Source: Dehalococcoidia bacterium
GTDB lineage: Bacteria; Chloroflexota; Dehalococcoidia; Lucifugimonadales; UBA3495
Length of the DNA: 64,000 nt
Direction of reading: 5' to 3'
Assembly: GCA_965197545.1 (NCBI GenBank)
Contig: CBDANJ010000008.1
Location: forward strand, 1,317,035-1,381,034
This document shows positions 47,185 to 55,341 of this stretch, in pieces. The notes beneath the pieces are model-generated. The model did not search any database. It was not told the origin of the DNA and saw only the letters and a program-made list of their open reading frames with translations. Position 1 is the stretch's first letter. Each line of letters starts with the position of its first letter. A program made the position numbers and the translations under genes.

Positions 47185-48696
47185 CTATGAAATATATTCG
47201 CTCCAATGTCGCAAGGACACGCCCAAGGACTCTTCTACCCAAGCGATGAATCGCGGCAAAACCGCGTCGGCCTTATCTTCCCAAGTAAGAGTGAACAAAT
47301 TTACAGTGCAGTCCCGGAAGTCTCGTTCCACCGGACCTTCCGCCAAATCCGAATCCGACCCGGAATGACTCTCGATCCTGGCAAATGCCGTTGCCGCCAT
47401 TACACCTGTGAGCTGCCGCCCAACGTGGTGGAGTGAGACCACAAAGACTAGGCGCGGCGCCCGATTGCGGTCCTCTGGATCAAAAGAGAGCTTTACCCAG
47501 AATCTCGGTTCATTTCGATTAACCCAGTGTGGGGCGTTGTTCGCAGTCTGTACTACCTCGGCGGCGTACCAATGCTCTCGGTCGTTGGGTCCCCCGCGAT
47601 CGACAAAGAAACGGACAGGGAAGTTTTCATCCAGAAACCTACCGTGAATCTGCTGTGCTTGATCTTCCAGGAATGTTGCTGCGTGGTCTCTCAGGTCAGA
47701 CGACGTATCGCTAACCGATCTAAGTTCCCTGAGTCTGTTTTGGTTTTGCCGTCTGATTTGACTGACGATATGATCAACGACTTGATCTACTAATCCGAAG
47801 TCAGCAACCGGTTCTGGTTCGCCAAGAGCCTCCAACATCGTCTGCTTTTCGATCTGTAATATCAAGTCAACGAACGGAGCAAGACTTTCCGAATCTGCTG
47901 ATTCCAAGCTCTCAATATACTGAGTCCTTTCGTCCCGAGAAATAACCACCGGCAAGAATTCTTCCTTGGCCAAATGCCATGTAAGCAACGCGCGCGCAAC
48001 ACGACCGTTCCCGTCTTGGAAGGGGTGAATTTGAGTGAACCTGTGGTGAAGCCACGCTCCCACCAAGAGTGGGTGATATTCGGTGTCTGGCTGTTGAAGC
48101 TCGTTGTACCAATTGACGAGATTATCAAGTTCGCTGTCGACTTGAATTGGCGGGCAGTACTCGTGAATCAGTCCGTCGGATCTGGTGGGATTGTTGGGTT
48201 GCGTTTTGAAGCCACCGTGGTCAAGAGGAGTTTCGAACCTCGTACCGAACTGGTTAATGGCGGTATACGTAGGCTGATTGCGGGTCAAGATTTGGTGCAA
48301 CTGCTGAATATAGAATTTGGAGAAGGGATGTTGCCTCCGGATGTGTTCAATTACAAATTCCGCTGCACTCTGATGGTCCCGCAGGACTCGCACGAGGTCC
48401 TGCGGGTCGCGGTTTGTTGATCCGCGATCGATCAAATCAGCAACCAATCCATTCTCAACCAGGGTCTGCGTTAGGCTCCTGTCGATGTCGTATATGCCCT
48501 CGATTATCCCTGTTTCAATGGCCCAACGGCGTTCCAATCGATCCATGAAGGCGTCATAGGCTTGTGGATTGGAATCTTCGCGTTGTTTTCTGATACTTAC
48601 CCATTGCTGATGAAGTGAATTGACTTCACTGAAGTCATAGGATTCACCGAAGGGCCCCGGAGGGCTGATTGGTAGCCAGTTATGTGCTCTGACCAT
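47185..48696 (-). CDS. Fic-family protein with N-terminal TxxxEG inhibitory-type motif and an about 170-aa uncharacterised C-terminal domain
   Basis: HPFQDGNGRVARAL Fic motif; AIETGIIEGI upstream; AT-richer than its neighbours. Confidence 0.85.
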   Translation of the reverse strand: MVRAHNWLPISPPGPFGESYDFSEVNSLHQQWVSIRKQREDSNPQAYDAFMDRLERRWAIETGIIEGIYDIDRSLTQTLVENGLVADLIDRGSTNRDPQDLVRVLRDHQSAAEFVIEHIRRQHPFSKFYIQQLHQILTRNQPTYTAINQFGTRFETPLDHGGFKTQPNNPTRSDGLIHEYCPPIQVDSELDNLVNWYNELQQPDTEYHPLLVGAWLHHRFTQIHPFQDGNGRVARALLTWHLAKEEFLPVVISRDERTQYIESLESADSESLAPFVDLILQIEKQTMLEALGEPEPVADFGLVDQVVDHIVSQIRRQNQNRLRELRSVSDTSSDLRDHAATFLEDQAQQIHGRFLDENFPVRFFVDRGGPNDREHWYAAEVVQTANNAPHWVNRNEPRFWVKLSFDPEDRNRAPRLVFVVSLHHVGRQLTGVMAATAFARIESHSGSDSDLAEGPVERDFRDCTVNLFTLTWEDKADAVLPRFIAWVEESLGVSLRHWSEYIS

Positions 48697-49247
48697 AAGA
48701 ATGCACTCCGCCCAATCCCGACTATTAAGGATACTCTGAACAAGCCCTGTCCGCGGCCTGATTGGGATTGCCGGCAGGGCAATCGCGTTTTAATTCGTAA
48801 CGGTATGCTGGCTCACCTTTTGCGCGTTTTGTTGGCTTGGAAACCCTCGAATCACCATTCAGGGATCCCAATGTGGCCCGCTCAATGGGAGAGGGGATGT
48901 CGAGAAAACCAGGTTTTGAGGCAAATTGCCCTATCCTTAACAGTTATTGTGGTGGCAATCAAGAACAATTTTGGCCTACGGTTTATAACGCGATTGCCCT
49001 GGGGTTGCCGGGTCAGTTTTGCGGAAATATCCGGCCTGCGGCTCGTTTTCTGCAATGTCCGGCCCCCTCACCTGCTCCCACAGGAGCCTTTGCGGGCCTT
49101 GATCGGTCCCAGCGGCGGTTCGGGGGAGAATTTGGGCCCACTGCTCCCCCATCACCCGGCCAGGCGGCCCTCCACCGTCAGCAGGTTGCCCAGTCCCAAA
49201 AGCAGCGTCAGCCGCTGCGTGTTCTTCGCCAAGCCCCGGTAGCGCAC

Positions 49248-49270
49248 CCCCGCTTTCGCGAGGGCAGGCT
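49248..49270 (-). repeat. AGCCTGCCC-hairpin micro-insertion, copy 3 (23 nt, GAAA loop)
   Basis: Minus strand: ..GCCAAG|AGCCTGCCCTCGCGAAAGCGGGG|GTGCGC.. Confidence 0.8.
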
Positions 49271-49318
49271 CTTGGCGTACCCGAACACCCGCTTCGCTTT
49301 CAGGAAGGGGTGCTCCAC

Positions 49319-49343
49319 CCCCGATCGCCGTCGAGGGCAGGCT
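49319..49343 (-). repeat. AGCCTGCCC-hairpin micro-insertion, copy 2 (25 nt, imperfect stem)
   Basis: Minus strand: ..GCGAAG|AGCCTGCCCTCGACGGCGATCGGGG|GTGGAG.. Confidence 0.8.
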
Positions 49344-49916
49344 CTTCGCCCGTATCGATGCCTTGTTTCGCTCCGCCAATGCTTCCCCGCTGCCCGGGTC
49401 CGGTTTCCGCCGCTGCCCCGGCCGCATCGCCACCTGCCAATTCACCTCCCGTCCCCGGTTCTCCTCCCGTTTCCCGGCTCCCCGATACCCGGCATCCCCC
49501 CGCACTTGGGACTCTCCGCCGTGGAGCAGCCGGTGCGCCTCGCTCACGTCATGCACGTTGGCCGCCGTGGTGGTCATGCTGTGCATCACCCCCGTCTCCG
49601 AGTCCACCTCGATGTGCAGCTTCATCCCAAAATGCCATTGATTCCCCTTCTTCGTCTGGTGCATCTCCGGGTCCCGCTCCCCAGTCCGGTTCTTGGTGGA
49701 CGACGGGGCTTCGATGATGCTAGCATCCACGATGGTTCCCTCCCTGAGCCGCAGCCCCTGGGCCTCCAGATCACGGTTAATCTCCTGGAACAGACCCTGG
49801 CCCAGCTCGTGTTGTTCCAGCAGATGGCGGAAGTTGAGGATGGTGGTCTCGTCGGGCAGGGCATCTGGCAGCTTCAGACCCACGAACCGCCTGACCGACT
49901 CGGCCTCGTACAGCAG

Positions 49917-49939
49917 AGCCTGCCCCCGTGAAAACGGGG
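49917..49939 (+). repeat. AGCCTGCCC-hairpin micro-insertion, copy 4 (23 nt, GAAA loop, antisense to the gene)
   Basis: Plus strand: ..CAGCAG|AGCCTGCCCCCGTGAAAACGGGG|GTCCTC.. Confidence 0.8.
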
Positions 49940-50251
49940 GTCCTCCATGCCGGGGTCACTGAGGTTGTAGAACAACTGGACGCAGTGGACCCGCAGCATT
50001 ACCGGCAAAGGATAGGGCCGGCGGCCGTTTCCAGGCTTGGGATAGCAGGGCCGGATGCGGTCTTCCAATCGCTGCCAGGGAATCAGGCCATCCATGCGTT
50101 CCAGAAACAGTTCGCGGCGGGTCCGGCGTTTCTTGCCCTGGTATTCCAGGTCGGCAAAGGTGGGGCTGGTCCATCTGCTCTTGTCCCTCCGGCGGCATCA
50201 ACTCTTTCAGCCTCAGTATGCCATAACCTGCTGGACTTGTTCAGAGTATCC

Positions 50252-50366
50252 CTAGGATGGCGCCCCGGTCGTATGCGTCTCGGAGCCAATTTCTCGAAGC
50301 CGGACCATGTCGAGGGTCGCCGAGAAATAGGGCTAGCAACACATTGGTGTCGACGGCTGTGATCAT
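50252..50366 (-). pseudogene. vapC: PIN-domain VapC toxin, 5' fragment truncated by IS5
   Basis: MITAVDTNVLLALFLGDPRHG... overlaps the antitoxin stop (ATGA) and ends at the IS5 inverted repeat. Confidence 0.65.
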
Positions 50367-50578
50367 CTACCTCGGATCTCTTCAAGATACTCATCTGTGT
50401 CCCCGCCTTCGCCCAATACTGCGTAGGCGCGGTCCACCGGATGTATCATGGCGGACCGTTTGCGGACCAACAGTCCTTCTGGCGTCGCGGTGATCCCTAC
50501 TTCCGCATCAGCGTCCAGTCCGAAGCGTTCTCGAAGGTACTTGGGAATCGTAATCTGACTCCTATGGGAAATCTTCAT
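50363..50578 (-). CDS. vapB: AbrB/MazE/SpoVT-family antitoxin
   Basis: MKISHRSQITIPKYLRERFGLDADAEVGI... Confidence 0.75.
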   Translation of the reverse strand: MKISHRSQITIPKYLRERFGLDADAEVGITATPEGLLVRKRSAMIHPVDRAYAVLGEGGDTDEYLEEIRGR

Positions 50579-50677
50579 GTCTCACTACTCTGTAAATTTG
50601 GAATATAACCGTCATACCCCAGTCCGAAGCCTGGTTTCCTGTATGCTGCTAAATTCCAAGCAAGGGAGATTAGCGGG

Positions 50678-50797
50678 CTAAGTAACTATCTCGAAACTGA
50701 ACGAACAGGCTTAGGCAGAGGCGAAATCCCCCTTAATCCCCCTTTTGCGAAAGGGGGAGACATTTGGGAAGTCTCGTTTTGAGATAGTTTCTAAGCA
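50678..50797. repeat. MITE-like palindromic element with central GGGGGA hairpin
   Basis: Arms ...CTAAGTAACTATCTCGAAAC... / ...GTTTTGAGATAGTTTCTAAG...; centre TCCCCCTTTTGCGAAAGGGGGA. Confidence 0.5.
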
Positions 50798-50914
50798 TCT
50801 CGGGTCGAGGCTGGCACACGCCCTGACGCTTGACAAGGCCACCGCCGGAGCCTAACTTAGGCCGAAATGCCAGACCATACCGGTTGGCGAATATTTGACA
50901 CAGAGGTAAGACCT

Positions 50915-52102
50915 ATGCCCAGGCTAGAACTGCTCAGCGAAGTACAACGCAGTATGCTCCAGATGTTTCCCTGTATGGAGCACGACGACACTCCTTGGAC
51001 TCCCATGCGGAAGCCCCTGTCGGAGAGCAAGGTGGCGCTCGTTACATCGGCCGGGCTGCACTTGAGAGACGACAAGCCCTTCATCATGGGAGGGGACTCC
51101 TCCTACCGTGTGCTTCCGAGCTCGACCCCGGTCGCTGATATCCTTCAGAGCCACGCCAGCATCGGATTCGACCACACGGGCATCTACCGTGATATCAACG
51201 TCACCTACCCGGTAGACCGCCTCCAAGAGTTGGCAGACCAGGGAGTAATAGGTTCCCTGGGGGAAAACAACTACTCCTTCATGGGCGCGCTCCGCGACAC
51301 ATCGGAAGTCGTGGAGCAGACCGGGCCGGAAGTTGCCCGGAAGCTGGTTAACGAAGGTGTGGAAGTAGCGTTCCTGACCCCCACTTGACCCCTGTGTTCG
51401 CACGCGGTCAGCGTGCTTGCCAGGTGCTTCGAAGAGGCGGGGATTTCCACCACCGGGACCGTGTTCGTGAAGGAACACGCCGAAAGGGTGAAGCCCCCGC
51501 GCATGTTGTGGGTCCCCTTCACCTTTGGCAACGCCATGGGAGAGGCGGGAGACACCAAGCAACAACACCAGGTCTTAAAGGCCGCGTTGGAACTGCTGGA
51601 CCGGAAACAGGGCCCGGTCCTGGAGGAATTCCCCGGCGATACGGCCCCGGAAGCACTGCTTCAGGCTTCGGCGGCAGGCCGGTCCAACGGCGCTCCAAGC
51701 CTCAGCCCCGCGGACGAATTGACCTCCCTCCGTTCCTACTACGAGCGTTGGGTGGAAAAGCACGATGGCCGCAGCAACGTGGGCCTGTGCGGAGTGCCCC
51801 AACGCCGTTTACGAGGTGTGGTCCGGTTCCTGGAAGGCTACATCAGCGGTGAGCAACAGGATTCTCCGGGCCGCCCCGGGGGCGTGGGCCTGCCCCAGTA
51901 CATTCGCTACTGCGTGGACGACCTGAAAGCCTTCTATTACGAGGCCAGGATGGAGCAACGCCCCGATGCCGCCGCCGACGGGATACACGAGTGGTTCTGG
52001 GGCGAGACGGCCATGGGCGAGCTGATAGTCAGCCTGGCCGCCAAGATGGGAGAGTCCGAGGACCCGGAGGTTAAAGCCATCCCCTACGGGCTGGCGCGGT
52101 AG
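50915..52102 (+). CDS. selenoprotein B-like (glycine/sarcosine/betaine/proline reductase GrdB family) protein, Sec at 51386-51388
   Basis: GAGG then ATG 50915; ORFs 50867-51388 and 51413-52102 share one frame, joined by ...VAFLTPT-TGA-PLCSHAVSVLARCFEEAGIST... (UxxC); hairpin 11 nt after the TGA. Family call from memory. Confidence 0.65.
51400..51416 (+). promoter_or_regulatory. putative bacterial SECIS hairpin
   Basis: GCACGC-GGTCA-GCGTGC. Confidence 0.5.
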
Positions 52103-52145
52103 AGGGTCATTGGGGGGCGAGACCACCTGGGAGAGGGGCCCCTTA

Positions 52146-52496
52146 TTAGAACAGCGGCTCCAGCTTGTCCAGCAATCGTCCTACGTCCTGAAGCCCATTT
52201 CTGACCATTTGGCCGGGAAACCCATCCTCGTAGAAGTTGGTATGCAGGCCGCTCGCGGCGAGAAAAAGGGTGGAAATCTCCCGGTCACCAGTCTCGTTTA
52301 CAATTCTGCCCATAATTTGGTAGAGCAATCGGTGATTGTTGTGCTGCCAGCCCCGTTGCTCCGCCAAGGCCTTGACCATCTGGGCCGCCGCCCCCCAGCC
52401 CTTTTCGGATGCTTGACGCAAATCCCCTGATTCCCACTCTCCCATGGCCTGCGCCAAGAGCGGCCTGCTGGCCTCCCTGTATAATTGCCCTTGCAT
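52146..52496 (-). CDS. PaREP1-like four-helix protein
   Basis: ...RQASEKGWGAAAQMVKALAE...LHTNFYEDGF...LLDKLEPLF; paralogue at 58448-58798. Confidence 0.55.
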   Translation of the reverse strand: MQGQLYREASRPLLAQAMGEWESGDLRQASEKGWGAAAQMVKALAEQRGWQHNNHRLLYQIMGRIVNETGDREISTLFLAASGLHTNFYEDGFPGQMVRNGLQDVGRLLDKLEPLF

Positions 52497-52567
52497 TTGG
52501 CCTTCTCGCTCCGTCCTCTAGCGGGACTTCCGTCACGACCTGACGCAAACTACACCTGAGTGCCCTT

Positions 52568-55274
52568 CTATGATATAGCCCTTTCCAGGTTCAGGGCCAA
52601 CAACCGCTCCAGTATTTCAGGACCAGTCAGGTCGTGAGGCCAGCCGTAGGCGTCCAAAACCGCTTTGTCCAACCGCTGGTGGACCATCTGTAGCCACGTG
52701 GGGCGGGCGTTGTAGAGGTTGGTCAACGTCCGCTTCTTCAGTTCCGGCTCTGAGGCATCCGGCGGGTTGAGCCAGCCTTCTCGCAGCCGGTTTAGCTCTT
52801 CCGCTTCCTTGCCTATGGCCGCGCGTTGCTGTTCTGTTGGTCTTGGAAAGGGGAACGTCTCAAAGCAAGTGGTGGGCGTGTAGGTTCCTCCGCTATGAGA
52901 TTCGCGCAATTGGCTGCCCAATCTTCTGGCCCAGGATTCGTGGATCGACGACGACAATATTCCGAGCATGTAATCCTCATCGCTGGCTATTGCGATGACC
53001 AGGTTGGAGGCCAGCATTTCCTGCGTCAACCAAACGAAGAAACGATGCTTAGAAACCTTCGGAGTCCCAATATATCGTGATTTATGTGATAAGGCGCGAC
53101 GCATCGAAATCGCTGGATAACCATGCAACCACCAATTCTGTGCACGCCAGGGCATATTATTGGTGATTCGCTTTGGCTTCACCCACTTCTTGACATATTC
53201 GAAGGGCGCCTCGTAGAGAGCGGCCTCGGCCTCTGGCATATCGACACCAAAGTCAACGACCCAAACGTTGCGCGCACGACGTGCAATATCAATCCCATTA
53301 ATCCACCGCTTGAGCACGTCTCCGTTGGGCTTTCCGTGGGGGTTTGGGTCAATAAGCATGTTTGACGCGGTGGCCTCGGGCATATCGAAATCGCCTACTT
53401 TGCCCACACCTTGGAATGCTAGGTTCTGGTTCTTTTCAAGTGCTCTTGCCTGTGTGAGATCGAGACCGGCTGTTAAGTCTGCGTTGATGCCGGTTACCGT
53501 TTCCCCGTCAAGGATTCGATCAGTTGCACTCCCGTCGTCGAAGCAGATGATCGAGATGTGTACCGTGGCACCATCTAAAACCCAATTCTGATCGGACGTA
53601 GCCTCGAAGATGTCCCCTGAATCCTTGATTCGTGAAAGGACCGCCCGATTGGACTGGAAGCGAATAGCTTGGGTTCCCAGCAGGCCGGCGCGTTTAGAGC
53701 TTCCGCCTTCGATCTGGCCACGAGCCTTTTCAAACCAATAGCAGCACAGGTCACTGGCATGCGGGATGCGATCGCCATAAAGCGAGTACAGGGCCTCCAC
53801 ATAGGCGTCGCCGAGTTGCTCTCTGAAGGGGAAGTGGCCCAAGAACGGCGGGTTGCCGATGATAAATTCCGCTTCCGGCCATTCCGGCTCCTTGGGATTC
53901 GCTTCGTCCGAAAGGTCTAAAATCGCGTCGGTCTTCCTAATGGAGACTAGAGGCGTGAGGACCGGGCTGTGGTCGTAGGGGAAGCCGTTGTTCTGGTGCC
54001 ATTGGATGTAACCGATCCATAACGCGGTGCGGGCCAATTCCGCGGCGTAGGGGTTGATCTCAAGCCCTAGCATTTGGTCGGGCTTCACCGTGGGCGCCAG
54101 GCCGGGCCACCCATGGGCCGCCGCGAAGTCGATGACCTGCTTCTCCAGGTCCAGCAGGCACCGCAGCGCCAGATACAGGAAGTTCCCGCTCCCGCAGGCC
54201 GGGTCCAGCACTTCAACCTCGAAGAGCCGCTGCTGAAATGCGCCGAGTCTCACCCGCGCCGCGTCTACTTCATCTTCGATAAGAAGGTTGCCCGCCTCCT
54301 GTTGAACCGCCTCCCATTCGGCTCTCAACGGGGCCATCACCACCGGCTCCACCACCAGCATGATATTCCTCGGCGCTGGTGTAGTGGGCGCCCAGATGCG
54401 CGCGTTTGGACGCATCCAGCGCCCGTTCAAACAGGGTGCCGAAAATCGAGGGTTCGATGTTCCGCCAGTTCTTCTTGGTAGCTTCGCCCAGCCGGAACAA
54501 CGCCGACTCGCTTAATTCAACCGTGTCCGCATCGCTGAACAGGTCGCCGTTGAAATATGCGATCTGAGTGGCGCCGAACATGCCTCCCTGTGCCATCTGC
54601 TCAAACAAGTTTCGAACAGCCTGGTCGAAATGCGCGGGGTCTCGAAAGTAGGTGCGCACGATCTCGGAAAACGGGGAGCCGGAGAGCAACCCGGCATCTT
54701 CGGCGTAGAGACAAAACACGATTTGATTTAGGTACCTGGCAAGTTTTTCCGGGTCTTGCGTATGCTGCTCCATGTCTTCGACGATGGCCTGGAAGAGGTC
54801 GGCGGTCTCCTTGGTCACCGTGTCCACCGAGCGGTCTGGACGCAATTCCGCCGGCGAAAAGAAAGCGTACCGGAGCTTGTCCAGGTTTGCGGGTTGGTCT
54901 AACTCGACGACCGCAAACTCGTGCCGCACCGTCTCCATGCCCGGAAAGTTGGTCTGTATCCAGATTGTCTTAAACGAAGACACGATGAGCAACGGAGGCG
55001 TCTTCAAATGCACCTGGTAACGGAGCAATTGGAGCAGGGCGCCGGGAAGTTCGGCATCGCTGCCCTTGAATTCCCAGCCGAATGAGCCTTCCAAATAGGC
55101 GTCGGCGAAGCCGCCGGGCACCTGCTTTTCAAAAGTGAATACCTCTTTGTCCCCGTAGTCGACCGGGGTGGGATGCCCGGCCAAAGCGCAGATATCCAGG
55201 AACATCTCCTGGGACGCCTGCTTCTCGCCAAATTCGACGCCGCGCCACTTGGCGACGAACTGTTCCGAGGACAT
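52568..55274 (-). pseudogene. MmeI-like type IIL/IIG restriction-modification enzyme, one frameshift near 54363-54368
   Basis: N-terminus MSSEQFVAKWRG...GFADAYLEGSFGWEFKG (D..ExK); ...LGAHYTSAEE / NIMLVVEPVV... joins the two frames; LDPACGSGNFLY and IIGNPPFLG methylase motifs. Confidence 0.75.
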
Positions 55275-55341
55275 TCGGGGCAGCCCGGGGGATATGTTGA
55301 GGCTGGACCCTGACGTTCTCATCTCTTGAGCGCTTCTGTTC

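Larger units (their letters stand above)
49152..50198 (-). pseudogene. IS5-family DDE transposase broken by three micro-insertions and a C-run slip
   Basis: ...[36 protein letters not shown]..., ...DETTILNFRHLLEQH..., ...VDASIIEAPSSTKN..., ...[32 protein letters not shown]...; extra nt in the G4 run (plus strand; C4 on the coding strand) 50162-50165. Confidence 0.8.
48729..50251 (-). mobile_element. IS5-family insertion sequence
   Basis: 16-bp inverted repeats GGATACTCTGAACAAG (48729-48744) and CTTGTTCAGAGTATCC (50236-50251); flanks TTAA / CTAG; about 400 bp without an ORF between the left IR and the transposase stop. Confidence 0.7.

Noticed and set aside
48837-49931. 364-aa plus-strand ORF
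   Set aside because: Antisense to the IS5 transposase and its ORF-less arm. Arg/Pro-rich shadow ORF.
17908-49939. The micro-insertions as tiny RNA introns or translational-bypass elements (lengths recall the 26-nt XBP1/HAC1-type intron and mitochondrial byp elements)
   Set aside because: Two of five copies are antisense to the host gene and no matching take-off/landing codons flank them, so a DNA-level origin fits better. This was not tested and is kept as a check in the findings.
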